Shown: positions 11,401 through 25,060, counted from the stretch's first letter. The stretch: DNA of 64,000 nt from Macrostomum lignano (GCA_002269645.1 NIVC01003733.1:1-64000), one strand, 5' to 3'. Notes: generated by a model not told the origin, from the sequence alone. Numbers and translations: made by a program.

Positions 11401-14400
11401 TACCTCACCGATCCGTCTATGATCAGCTCTGCTACCCCAACCGATCCGTCTATGATCAGCTCTGCTACCCCAACCGATCCATCTATGATCAGCTCTGCTA
11501 CCCCACCGATCCATCTATGATCAGTTCTGATACCCAACCGATAAGTCTTTGATCAGCTGAAAAACGCACAGTTCCTTGCACCATGTTTCGTCAAACTCAC
11601 TGTCGCATCGTGAAACTGCAAAAACTTTTCCAGTTCAGGCGTAATGGCCAAACCGTGCTGTGAACGCAAAGGATGCCTGCGTCGGAACCTCAGCAACTGG
11701 GGCTGCTGTTGTTGTTGAATCTGCTGCTGCTGCTGCTGCTGAACTCGCTGATGACGGGAAGACAGCGGTGGTAGCGGTGGCGGTGACAACAGCTGGACGC
11801 AGCCCGTTGGACGCTGCAACGCGCTGACACCATCGCGGATTGCTGATCGGCGGTACATTGTTTGATTCTTCCCAGCTGCCACTGTGGACTTCTCATCCCA
11901 GATCTTTTCCAGTTGGCGATTGTTGTCTAGATTCTTTAAATCTCTCTCTTATTTTTCTCTTAGCGAATTATGTGAACACAGGCCCCGGTCAGCCAATGAC
12001 TGTTGGTCTTCGACTCTCGTTCACTTTCTATCTAACAGCCCGAGCATTTGGAGACTTTTCGACAGATCCTGCAAACACGGAAATTTCCAACCTTGAAGGA
12101 CGCATCTGCGAATTCACGTCAAATAAGAGAGAACACGACAGCTACTGGGATAGAAGATAGTTAAGACAGATTCTTGGACGTACTCTGGAGATGTCCTGCA
12201 GTCAAAGAGACTAATGAGCAAAGCTTGACGTGTTCATGTTCGTTTGTTTTTTTAATTCTCCGCTTTAATTTGCAGAGACGGGTCTCGTTCTGCTACGGAT
12301 TGATCAAAAAGAATACGAGAGTCCGTGTACGGACCCCAAATTAATTTGACCAAGCCGCGGACTCGAACCCCAGGAAAGCGCCTGATCGTTGACCACCTAT
12401 AAGGCTTGTGCAAGACAGCTCCTTGCCCTAATACTCAGCGTTGTCTCAATATTTTTCGGCTGTTTCAGTTATCTTCAAAGAATTTCGGTTTGCTTTTAAC
12501 AAAATCTTGCGCAGCAGATAAGTGCGCAGTGGCAGGTGAAGAGAAATCTCCCATTTTTCTCCAAGCTCCAAGTTTTTTTCAGAGTTTTCCTTTACTTCTT
12601 GTGTCCGCTATTCAATTTTTTAGCACACGCCAGTTCACGACAATTTCTTCCCACTTGTACCGATCTGGGACTGGAAGTCTTCGAGTGGCATTTTGCAGAT
12701 ATCCCACCTGCTGGGAAGACTATGCCTTTGCTTCTCTCTGCGTAAAACTGCACCATTTCCCATCCGTACGGATTCCTTCAGGTCGACTTTGGCGCTGACG
12801 ATTTTCAGTCGCGGCTTCTCTGAACCTACAAGTTTACGTATATCCTTCTAATTCGTACTTTCAGTCATTCTCCACGTTCTCCATCTGGTTTAGCTAGCAG
12901 CTTAATGCACAGATACTAGAATAACTAGATGGGCCACTCAGCGCATATGCGTGTAAGCTACTTTCAGTTCAGTAGTGAGTTAAACAGAAGCTTTTAATTG
13001 TATTTTTAAAGCCCAGGCTCAATTTTGGCTCTTACCCCCAGCTTAAACCCTCCAACCGGGCCTTTCCACACTACCCCCGCCCCGCCCCAAATTTTATTGC
13101 CTTTCTCGGACTTCCAGCCTAAATCGGCTATGTACATTTCAGTGGACTGGCCAATGTACATTATTGCTGAACCAATTAGCAAGTTGTTTACGCCTGCAAG
13201 CTTGGGCTTCTAAACTTATCAAAGTCATTTCAGCTGCCTTTATTTTTATGAAATAGTTTATGTATTCTTCTTTGCTACTGAACTGAAAGTAGAAAGCTGT
13301 TTTACTAAGTATATATGCCTGAGTGGCCCAACTAGTTATTTTAGTAGCTGTGCTTAATTTAATGTCTTATAAAAAATCTATATGCGAGCGTATCTTCTAG
13401 ATAAAAGGGTCATCTCATATCTGACTCTCTGTCGTTCGGTTATTTTCTACCCTATAATAGCGAACTAGCATCTGGAAACTGAAGCCGATCCTGCAGCTTT
13501 CTCGACACTGAAGATTTCTAATAATAAGAACAAAACTTGCAGAAAGACCCTGGCGCAACGTCTTCTGCGATATCGTTCCACTGCCAACCAGCTCTGACGG
13601 CAATTCTGCCCTGGTGACTTTCTAATCGTCAGGCATGTGCAGTCTCTGTGCCTTGTGTACGTCACTTTTCGTACGTACCACTGAGCTGCCCGCCCCCAAA
13701 GAGATTCCTAAAAAGACATTTATTTAGGCCGGGAAAGTTCAGCTGAGATACTAAAAGTAACAACATGCGAATTTTTAAGAAGCATTTTTTTAAATTCGAT
13801 GCCAATGAGCGCTTTATAGTAATTATCTACTGAACATGCACCAGCCTACTGATAGTAAGAACAAGCGATTTTTTCGCAACTTTTAATGACACGACTACAA
13901 AAATGTCACTTCAAGATTTGCCCGCCGACTGTCTTGAAATGTTTTTTGTCAGCAGTTTTTGTTGGGAAGACTTTGAAGAAAAATTTGACTGAAAATCTTT
14001 ATTTCAGGGATCAGACTGATGTCGCACTTTTAAACTATTGCTCAGCTTCGTCCCTCATCTCTCATTTTCTTTATCTCATTTTCGCCTCGGCTCATCAGAC
14101 GGGGTCCTTATCTGAGTCTGCCCGCACCCACCCACCTCCCTCTCTTCCCTACCCTGCCGTTCATTTTCTTTCGCCATTTATTGAGAGCACGGTGGGCGAG
14201 CCAGCGACTGCAAGAAGAGGGTAGACATGTTCCGTGTAATTCTTGCTCTTGAAAGTCGTCCATATATGAGTAGAAGTATTACTAATTTATTAAATAATAT
14301 ACCTTAGGCTTCAGTAAGATAGATATGGATGGGTGGGTGGATTTACTGACGAAGGTGCTTGTAGGCGAACGCAATGTTGGTGTCCTGGCGTGCAAGGTGG

Positions 14401-17400
14401 GCGGGGATCTCTAGCCCAGAGCAAGCACTAAAACCGTACCGGGGTTAAGGCAGTCCATCACGCAACTGAATTTTGGGATTTTGGCTCGGAGGGATATTTA
14501 AGATGTAATTGGCAAGGAAGGCTTCAGGGCGAACACGGATGAAAGGAGTTGAATTGAAAAGCTGCGCAATATTGAATCGCTGGGAGGCGGGGCACTTAAG
14601 ACAGTGGATAAGATGTGCGTGTAACAAACGCGTCACTGCTAGTGTCAGTAGTTTGTGTCAGTAGTTTGTGTCAGTAGTTTGTGTCAGTAGTTTGTGTCAG
14701 TAGTTTGTGTCAGTTGCTTGTTTCAGTAGTTTGTGTCAGTAGTTTGTGTCAGTTGCTTGTTTCAGTAGTTTGTGTCAGTAGTTTGTGTCAGTAGTTTGTG
14801 TCAGTAGTTTGTGTCAGTAGTTTGTGTCAGTGGTTTATGTCAGTAGTTTGTGTCAGTAGTATGTGTCTGTAGTTTGTGTCAGTTGCTTGTTTCAGTAGTT
14901 TGTGTCAGTAGTTTGTGTCATTAGTTTGTGTCAGTGGTTTGTGTCAGTAGTTTGTGTCAGTAGTTTGTGTCAGTAGTTTGTGTCAGTAGTATGTGTCAGT
15001 AGTTTGTATCAGTGGTTTGTCATTAGTTTGTGTCAGTAGTTTGTATCAGTAGTATGTGTCAGTAGTATGTGTCAGTAGTTTGTGTCAGTAGTTTGTGTCA
15101 GTTGCTTGTTTCAGTAGTTTGTGTCAGTAGTTTGTGTCAGTAGTTTGTGTCAGTAGTATGTGTCAGTAGTTTGTATCAGTGGTTTGTCATTAGTTTGTGT
15201 CAGTAGTTTGTATCAGTAGTATGTGTCAGTAGTATGTGTCAGTGGTTTGTGTCAGTAGTTTGTGTCAGTTGCTTGTTTCAGTAGTTTGTGTCAGTAGTTT
15301 GTGTCAGTAGTTTGTGTCAGTGGTTTGTGTCAGTAGTATGTGTCAGTGGTTTGTGTCAGTAGTTTGTGTCAGTAGTTTGTGTCAGTAGTTTGTGTCAGTA
15401 GTTTGTGTCAGTAGTTTGTGTCAGTAGTTTGTGTCAGTAGTTTGTGTCAGTAGTTTGTGTCAGTAGTTTGTGTCAGTAGTTTGTGTCAGTTGCTTGTTTC
15501 AGTTTCGTAGCCTTCTATTTCTGTTTTCTGTTTTCAGAAGGCTACGTCGACCGCCTTTTTGAAGATGCGCGAGCACCCAGCCAGGCGGCCGGTGTGAAGC
15601 ACATTAGAGACCTAGCTCTGAAACGCGCGATTTGACGCTCCCCCCTTTTGGCCACTTCTGTGGCTGGCATGGGGCGTAACTATTATTATTATTATTATTA
15701 TTGTAGTTTGTGTCAGCAGTTTGTGTCAGTAGTATGTGTCAGTGGTTTGTGTCAGTAGTTTGTGTCACTGGTTTGTGTCAGTAGTATGTGTCAGTAGTTT
15801 GTGTCATTAGTTTGTGTCGGTGGTTGTGTCAGTAGTTTGTGTCAGTAGTTTGTGTCAGTAGTTTGCGTCAGCAACAGAAACTGCACAGCCAGCAGGACTC
15901 ACCGTGTTGCAGGTGTCGATCCGGGTGCCGCAGTTCAGGTAGTCCAGCACCTTCGCCAGATTGCCAGCCCGGGCCACTCGTAGGAAGTTCTGACTGGGAT
16001 CCGCCTTAAAAAATTGAGTGTGATTGTATAAGATTTTTTTGGGATTGCTAAAATTGTACTTCGATATCTGCACATTTTAAGCAACATCGTCACACAACCG
16101 GCGAGAGGCATCGCTGCCCATTCCGCCGACTCCCCTGAGCAGGCACACAAGCGCGCGGATACGTACGCAGTCACACGCACAGGCACACAGTCACACAGGA
16201 GTGTACAGTGGCCCTAACTGTATTTATCGTTAGGCATGTACGCTTCAAGGGTGTTAATTGCACGAGCAGAGCCAAGCCGAGATTCCAATTTAGCTCTAAA
16301 ATTAATGTGACTGCACTTGGAATCGAGCCTGGGCCGCCCCTAAAGCGATCTTGCTCATGTTTGGATGAATCTTTACACGCTGGAGACACATTGAGAAGCA
16401 GAATAGCTGGGAGAAACTGGGACGCACCAGCAGCTGCAAGCGTGCAAGTCTAAATCGGTCTTGCCCTCCCTGAAACTTTCCCAGGTCAGCTAGTAGGGGA
16501 ATTTCACTACACCAGAAGCAGAACGCCTTAACACACTTTAAAAAACGTACAAACACACGTGCTAGCGGACGGCCAACAGATGCTAAGAGGCATTGGGGCC
16601 AGCTACAGAACGAAAGAGTGATGAGGAATAGGGAGAGACTGGGGAACAAGGAAAGTAGTTTTGCCCGATGCCCAGGCCGAGGCCACTGCTGCAGTGAAAC
16701 CCAACACTGATGGGACTGCAGGGTTGGCCGAAGTAGCATTGCCTAACCAAGCCACTGCTACCGTGCTGGCTGTGTGCTGTCAAAGTGTTCCACAGCGGTT
16801 GCGGTTGCAAATCCGCTTATACACTTCCCGTTCCTTCCCTTCCCCCACAGGCGCTGGGCGAGATCAACGGCCGTGTTAATTTTGCTCTCCAGTGTCTCCC
16901 TATCGTTTCTGTATCTCCTGCACAGACTGGCTTTTGTTTGACCACCAGAAATTGAAAACTTTCCTTTACACCGTAGCCTAAAATAGCAGAATCCGTTCCT
17001 GCCTGCGCAGCCTGCAGGGCTTGGCCATAGACATAGCAGCGGCTAAGGCTCAAGGACCACTGTAGCATAACAGGATCAAGGACCACTGTAGCATAACAGG
17101 ATCAAGGACCACTGTAGTATAACAGGATCAAGAACCACTGTAGCATAACAGGATCAAGGACCACTGTAGTATAACAGGATCAAGAACCACTGTAGTATAA
17201 CAGGATCAAGGACCACTGTAGCATAACAGGATCAAGGACCACTGTAGCATAACAGGATCAAGGACCACTGTAGCATAACAGGATCAAGGACCACTGTAGC
17301 ATAACAGGATCAAGGACCACTGTAGCATAACAGGATCAAAGACCACTGTAGTATAACAGGATCAAGGACCACTGTAGCATAACAGGATCAAGGACCACTG

Positions 17401-19464
17401 TAGCATAACAGGATCAAGGACCACTGTAGCATAACAGGATCAAGGACCACTGTAGCATAACAGGATCAAGGACCACTGTAGCATAACAGGATCAAGGACC
17501 ACTGTAGTATAACAGGATCAAGGACCACTGTAGTATAACAGGATCAAGGACCACTGTAGCATAACAGGATCAAGGACCACTGTAGCATAACAGGATCAAG
17601 GACCACTGTAGCATAACAGGATCAAGGACCACTGTAGCATAGCAGGATCAAGAACCACTGTAGCATAACAGGATCAAGGACCACTGTAGCATAACAGGAT
17701 CAAGGACCACTGTAGCATAACAGGATCAAGGACCACTGTAGTATAACAGGATCAAGGACCACTGTAGCATAACAGGATCAAGGACCACTGTAGCATAACA
17801 GGATCAAGGACCACTGTAGCATAACAGGATCAAGGACCACTGTAGCATAGCAGGATCAAGAACCACTGTAGCATAACAGGATCAAGGACCACTGTAGCAT
17901 AACAGGATCAAGGACCACTGTAGCATAACAGGATCAAGGACCACTGTAGCATAACAGGATCAAGGACCACTGTAGCATAACAGGATCAAGGACCACTGTA
18001 GCATAACAGGATCAAGGACCACTGTAGCATAACAGGATCAAGGACCACTGTAGCATAACAGGATCAAGGACCACTGTAGCATAACAGGATCAAGGACCAC
18101 TGTAGCATAACAGGATCAAGGACCACTGTAGTATAACAGGATCAACGACCAATTTGATCCTGTATAAGTACCTGTAATACCTGTATAATTCCCTAATTCA
18201 TATTGAACCATTTTGACTCTCACCTGTTGAGCGACAGTGTTTCCCATATGTGCAGATGCAGTTCTTATAATCTTTTAGAGTCACAAATTTCTTTTATTTT
18301 AGTAAAAATATATTCAAAGAAATTGTCGAAAAAAGGAGATCAGCTGCTTGCTCAAAGAAAGTCCGAGCAAAAAAGGTGAGGAGACAAAAGCTTTCTTCTC
18401 CTAGCCGAAATAGTAATTATAATTCTCGCCAGGCGGGAAGAAGAAAGATGCTGAGCTGAGAAAATACTTTAATAGTGGACTTCGGGTAAGAAAGAGGCGG
18501 ATAAAAAGGCGCTTTTTAAAGGTCCTACTTGGATCTTTTGCGGAGCAGCGACTTCTCCGAATTTTGCTACTCAAGCCTCTTCTCTCTCTGTCTCTCCTCT
18601 CTCCTTCTCTCTGTCGCCTTCGCGACTCGCTCCGGAATAAAAAACTTTCCCAGCAATTGACGTGATTCACCTTAAAAGATCCAGGAGGAAAACAGGGCGG
18701 AGGGATGCCAACAGGAAGAATTGGACGCAGATGCTACCTGGGAGCGGCAGCAGCGGAGGCGGGTGGAACTGCCGGAGTTCGACCCCTCCCCTAGAAGGAA
18801 AAATAAGAAAGAGGCGTATTGGGGGCCTAGCTGTTATCTGGGCTGCGCCTTCGGTAGAAGAAGATGTTCCGCACGCTTTCGGCTGATAGGGAGAAGACAA
18901 TTGCGGATATCCGTGTCCCTTGGACGATTTTTCACCAACACAAATTTCCTCGAGCTTCGCTTTTTTGTTATACTGAACAGCATTTTTTTCTCTGGGCAGA
19001 AGCTGGCCGTCCATCTCCCTGACCCAGCTGCGCACGGATTGTGCTGAATCAGTACATCAGTACACGGTGGGTCGAACTCTGGTTGGACAGGGAGGGGGCT
19101 GTGGCTCTGGGGTGCATTCGGCCAAGACAGTTCAGCCGAATCTTCCATCACTGTCTTGTGCAATAAATGACTGCGCTGGACTATGCTACGCTGCGCAACA
19201 TCAAAGATGGGATTGCTTCTAGAAGAGAGAAAGAAAGCGCTGTTCGAAGCGCTGTAAAGCCTTCCAACCGTCAATTAATTAACCGCAGATTCCAATTATA
19301 AAGCAGAGCGCAAGACCCAGCCGTCATAATAAACTGTTATTGCAGGCCGTTCGGAATCGGAATACAAAATCTATGGAAACAATGAAGGGAAGTCACGAAC
19401 GCCTCACCGGCTTCTGCTGTTGCTGTTGCCGCAAGTCCCTTGCTGCTTCATTGGCAGCAGCCAT
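5284..19464 (-). CDS. Ank: Ankyrin (ANK2/ANK3/unc-44-like), N-terminal ANK-repeat domain; join of 19464-19408, 16004-15903, 9379-8573, 8338-7736, 7255-6659, 6300-6031, 5482-5284 (about 878 aa, 3' incomplete)
   Basis: The translation follows canonical ankyrin throughout: [87 protein letters not shown], ending MSDSEEEAG. All junctions are GT-AG with matching phases. Confidence 0.93.
5768..6020 (-). mobile_element. tRNA-derived CORE-type SINE, followed by an (AGACGGAGAGGGGAG)n-like simple-repeat tract at about 5690-5767
   Basis: A box TAGCCTAGTGG, B box GTTCGATTC, then CCTTGAGCAAGACACTTAACTCTCTGC...CAGTTTC..GTAAAATGGG, which resembles the MIR/CORE domain. Confidence 0.75.
6031..6300 (-). CDS. 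Ank: Ankyrin exon (EDRLAVAE...PSPLNS)
   Basis: Acceptor accgcag|GAG, donor TCG|GTGAGC, 270 bp. Confidence 0.92.
6659..7255 (-). CDS. Ank: Ankyrin exon ([17 protein letters not shown]...PLHLAAQ)
   Basis: Acceptor gacag|GCC, donor CAG|GTCAGT, 597 bp of ANK repeats. Confidence 0.92.
7370..7635 (+). mobile_element. Second tRNA-headed SINE-like family, copy 1
   Basis: A-box-like TAACCCAGTGG and B-box-like GGCTCGATTCC. About 215 bp is highly similar to the reverse complement of 16110-16338. Confidence 0.7.
7736..8338 (-). CDS. Ank: Ankyrin exon (VQGDHADC...AVAVLLQ)
   Basis: Acceptor ttgcag|GTG, donor CAG|GTGCGC, 603 bp of ANK repeats. Confidence 0.93.
8573..9379 (-). CDS. Ank: Ankyrin exon ([14 protein letters not shown]...GLTPLHMA)
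   Basis: Acceptor caaacag|AAC, donor GCG|GTGAGA, 807 bp of consecutive ANK repeats. Confidence 0.95.
10576..11558. repeat. 32/33-bp minisatellite, about 30 copies (GATCAGCTCTGCTACCCCACCGATCCGTCTAT)
   Basis: Direct tandem periodicity. Confidence 0.97.
11601..11858 (-). CDS. Ank: Ankyrin candidate alternative first exon, poly-Q/Pro rich ([10 protein letters not shown]...[14 protein letters not shown]...FHDAT)
   Basis: 86 stop-free, GC-rich codons from caaacaATG to a consensus phase-0 donor ACA|GTGAGT. In frame with the acceptor at 9379. Confidence 0.55.
12240..12420 (-). mobile_element. Possible tRNA-headed SINE remnant
   Basis: Exact B box GGTTCGAGTCC on the minus strand, a weak A box and an A-rich 3' end. 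Confidence 0.3.
12900..13362. mobile_element. MITE/foldback-like element with ~85-bp imperfect terminal inverted repeats
   Basis: gcacagatactagaataactagatgggccactcag...ctactttcagttcagtag at about 12907-12976 is inverted at about 13274-13354. No TSD resolved. Confidence 0.55.
14636..15890. repeat. 13-bp satellite (GTCAGTAGTTTGT), interrupted at 15503-15703
   Basis: Direct tandem periodicity. Confidence 0.95.
15503..15703 (+). mobile_element. 5'-truncated retroposon-like insert with a (TAT)n tail inside a 13-mer satellite
   Basis: Removing it restores the satellite (gtttcag|tagtttg). Short ORF end ...[12 protein letters not shown] at 15635, followed by a short UTR and (tat)7. Confidence 0.5.
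15903..16004 (-). CDS. Ank: Ankyrin exon, first ANK repeat ([34 protein letters not shown])
   Basis: Acceptor ttttttaag|GCG, donor ACG|GTGAGT, 102 bp. Matches the ankyrin SFLRAARAGNL motif. Confidence 0.9.
16110..16370 (-). mobile_element. Second SINE-like family, copy 2 (inverted relative to copy 1)
   Basis: Shared blocks such as gcggcccaggctcgattccaagtgcagtcacattaa, tacatgcctaacgataaatacagttaggg and atccgcgcgcttgtgtgcctgctcaggggagtcgg. Confidence 0.7.
17050..18148. repeat. 26-bp minisatellite, about 42 copies (TCAAGGACCACTGTAGCATAACAGGA)
   Basis: Direct tandem periodicity with no spacers. Confidence 0.97.
19408..19464 (-). CDS. Ank: Ankyrin candidate first coding exon ([19 protein letters not shown])
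   Basis: Start context aaacATGG. 19 codons end in a phase-0 donor CCG|GTGAGG, compatible with the phase-0 acceptor at 16004. Confidence 0.6.
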
Positions 19465-20111
19465 GTTTAGCAGCTGAAAGCAGCCAACTGAATTATTTCT
19501 TCGACTTCGCTACTTGACAATTGTTTAACAGACACGTCAGGACTCCAACGCCTTTGGGATGCTTTTTTTACACAACATCCCCGCGTATATACGCTATTCC
19601 TACTCACTGTACGGAGTGGCGAGAAAGCGTGGTTGAGACGAGCGGATCGGGATACTGAGCAGGCATGTACTTGCTCAGCACACTCTCTGTGCCAGTCTGG
19701 GGGATTGGGGAGATGGCGAGACAGGGAGAATCCCACTTTCTTCCCGAGCCAGTCTACCTCATTCCCCCGCTGTCGTTTCCCCCGTCTCGCTCGCATGGGC
19801 TCACCCTGCTTTTAGTCTGCTCCAGTGGCCTCTCTCAAGAGCCAATCTTTTCTTTGCAACACGCTTTCTCCCCGGCACTAATGTGCTTCTTTTTTGGCTC
19901 AGCTCAGAGCCGGAGAACAGAGTAAGAGAAACAACGGATGTCATGAAATGCTGAATACGCGGCAGCACCAGCAGGAGGACTGAATGCTTGTACAATGGCG
20001 GTTGCCTCTGTTGGTGTCAAGCTGGAAGCTCTCACACAAGCTCTGGATTGCCAAGACACCTGCCCCCCCCCCCTATGGGCTAATGATGGCACCTGAACAT
20101 TCAATTAAATT

Positions 20112-21995
<1,884 letters not shown>

Positions 21996-22529
21996 TCTGA
22001 ATTTCGCATCCTGCTCAGAGCTGCGTACAGCATGACAGCTCAAACTCAATAAATATTGGATAAACACTCACCATACTAAGAGCTTTTGGCAGAGATGTTT
22101 TTCTCACCCAACCGCGCCTCTTGAATGCAGCAACTGGCAGCTGGGACTGCCAAAATAATATTCGCCTCGCGTTAAAAAGGCAAATTATTATGAAGAGCAG
22201 ACAGAGTGAGATCCGCAGCAACTTGCCAGCAACCCCCAGGCAGTGTGACACCAAATTTCTGCATTTCCTGCCCCAGCCTACACAGCACTCCGACAGTCAG
22301 TAATCCCGGATCAGGGCGGCTCCTTCTTACGACCCGCCTGTCTGCTGTATCGATCAATCACCAACCTCCACTCCGCCAGCCTCTGATGAGGTGCCAAATG
22401 CTCTTGCCTGGCTTGATTCCAAATATCTTCCGAATCCAAATCTCTGTCAGCTCAAGCTTAGGCTTGAGACAAATCTCTTATTAACTCTCGGAGTACATTG
22501 CGGCCAGCTCTATCACTGTAACTGAGCAA

Positions 22530-25060
22530 AGTCTCTCTGAGTCTTTCTCTGAGTATCTTTGAGTGTCTCTCTGAGTCTTTCTCTGAGTATCTTTGAGTGT
22601 CTCTCTGAGTCTTTCTCTGAGTATCTTTGAGTGTCTCTCTGAATTTTTCTCTGAGTATCTTTGAGCGTCTCTCTGAGTCTTTCTCTGAGTATCTTTGAGC
22701 GTCTCTCTGAGTCTTTCTCTGAGTATCTTTGAGTGTCTCTCTGAGTCTTTCTCTGAGTATCTTTGAGTGTCTCTCTGAGTCTTTCTCTGAGTATCTTTGA
22801 GTCTCTCTGAGTCTCTCCGAGTCTCTCTGAGTCTCTCCGAGTCTCCCTGAGTCTCTCCGAGTCTCTCTGAGTCTCTCTGAGTCTCTCTGAGTCTCTCCGA
22901 GTCTCTCTGAGTCTCTCTGAGTCTCTCTGAGTCTCTCCGAGTCTCTCTGAGTCTCTCTGAGTCTCTCTGAGTCTCTCTGAGTCTCTCTGAGTCTCTCTCA
23001 GTCTCTCTGAGTCTCTCTCAGTCTCTCTGAGTCTCTCTGAGTCTCTCTGAGTCTCTCTCAGTCTCTCTGAGTCTCTCTCAGTCTCTCTGAGTCTCTCTGA
23101 GTCTCTCTGAGTCTCTATGAGTCTCTCTCAGTCTCTCTGAGTCTCTCTGAGTCTCTCTGAGTCTCTCTGAGTCTCTCTGAGTCTCTATGAGTCTCTCTCA
23201 GTCTCTCTCAGTCTCTCTCAGTCTCTCTGAGTCTCTCTGAGTCTCTCTCAGTCTCTCTGAGTCTCTCTGAGTCTCTCTCAGTCTCTCTGAGTCTCTCTGA
23301 GTCTCTCTGAGTCTCTCTCAGTCTCTCTGAGTCTCTCTGAGTCTCTCTGAGTCTCTCTGAGTCTCTCTGAGTCTCTGAATCTCTCTGAGTCTCTCTGAGT
23401 CTCTATGAGGTTCCCTCTGAGTCTCCGCGGTCATCGCAAATCGCATTCAACTTATTTTAATCAAAGCTCAAGCAAGTGTATGAAACCCATAAGTATTCTT
23501 CCTTAAAAATCGATTTTCAGAAGGCCTGCATCCGAATCTCGATCTCTGAGTCTTCTTATATTGCCCGAGGGCAGATGGGCTACTCAGCTACTCAATTCAA
23601 TTGAGTTCGGGCCAAGCTGCATAGAGAAGGCTGCGAAATCGAGATTGAAATTGAAGTCCTGGTCTTTTTTATCCGGGCTACAAATCAGTTGGGAAAATTG
23701 TAGATCGTATACCGAGGGGATTTGAGCAGAGGAGAGAGGAGTATCTCCTGAGCAACTAATCTTACTTCTTTGATTTACTTGATGGAAGTTCCGCCCTCTC
23801 GAGTTGAAGTTATCCCGTGGAGACCTGTACTTTGGTGAATTATCCAAATTAGGCCGCTAAAACTTTCAGAAGGAGTCTTTCTGAGTCTCTCTGAGTCTCT
23901 CTGAGTCTCTCTGAGTCTCTCTGAGTCTCTCTGAGTCTCTCTGAGTCTCTCTCAGTCTCTCTGAGTCTCTCTCAGTCTCTCTGAGTCTCTCTGAGTCTCT
24001 CTGAGTCTCTCTCAGTCTCTCTGAGTCTCTCTCAGTCTCTCTGAGTCTCTCTGAGTCTCTCTGAGTCTCTATGAGTCTCTCTCAGTCTCTCTGAGTCTCT
24101 CTGAGTCTCTCTGAGTCTCTCTGAGTCTCTCTGAGTCTCTATGAGTCTCTCTCAGTCTCTCTCAGTCTCTCTCAGTCTCTCTGAGTCTCTCTGAGTCTCT
24201 CTCAGTCTCTCTGAGTCTCTCTGAGTCTCTCTCAGTCTCTCTGAGTCTCTCTGAGTCTCTCTGAGTCTCTCTCAGTCTCTCTGAGTCTCTCTGAGTCTCT
24301 CTGAGTCTCTCTGAGTCTCTCTGAGTCTCTGAATCTCTCTGAGTCTCTCTGAGTCTCTATGAGGTTCCCTCTGAGTCTCCGCGGTCATCGCAAATCGCAT
24401 TCAACTTATTTTAATCAAAGCTCAAGCAAGTGTATGAAACCCATAAGTATTCTTCCTTAAAAATCGATTTTCAGAAGGCCTGCATCCGAATCTCGATCTC
24501 TGAGTCTTCTTATATTGCCCGAGGGCAGATGGGCTACTCAGCTACTCAATTCAATTGAGTTCGGGCCAAGCTGCATAGAGAAGGCTGCGAAATCGAGATT
24601 GAAATTGAAGTCCTGGTCTTTTTTATCCGGGCTACAAATCAGTTGGGAAAATTGTAGATCGTATACGAGGGGATTTGAGCAGAGGAGAGAGGAGTATCTC
24701 CTGAGCAACTAATCTTACTTCTTTGATTTACTTGATGGAAGTTCCGCCCTCTCGAGTTGAAGTTATCCCGTGGAGACCTGTACTTTGGTGAATTATCCAA
24801 ATTAGGCCGCTAAAACTTTCAGAAGGAGTCTTTCTGAGTCTCTCTGAGTCTCTCTGAGTCGTTTTGAGTCTCTCTGAGTCTCTCTGAGTCTCTCGGAGTC
24901 TCTGAGTCTCTCTGAGTCTCTCTGAGTCTCTTTGAGTCTCTCTGAGTCTCTCTGAGTCTCTGAGTCTCTCTGAGTCTCTCTGAGTCTCTGAGTCTCTCTG
25001 AGTCTCTCTGAGTCTCTCTGAGTCTCTCTGAGTCTCTCTGAGTCTCTCTGGGTGTCTATT
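22530..25060. repeat. 34-bp then 10-bp (GAGTCTCTCT)n arrays enclosing a ~954-bp tandem duplication (unique block at 23407-23880 and 24361-24835)
   Basis: The two copies of the unique block appear identical apart from one 1-bp indel (gtataccgagg vs gtatacgagg). Confidence 0.93.

Noticed and set aside
17050-18148. CRISPR-like array (also 4786-5247, 10576-11558 and 27255-29618)
   Set aside because: Head-to-tail repeats with no unique spacers, no cas genes, and a eukaryotic intronic context.
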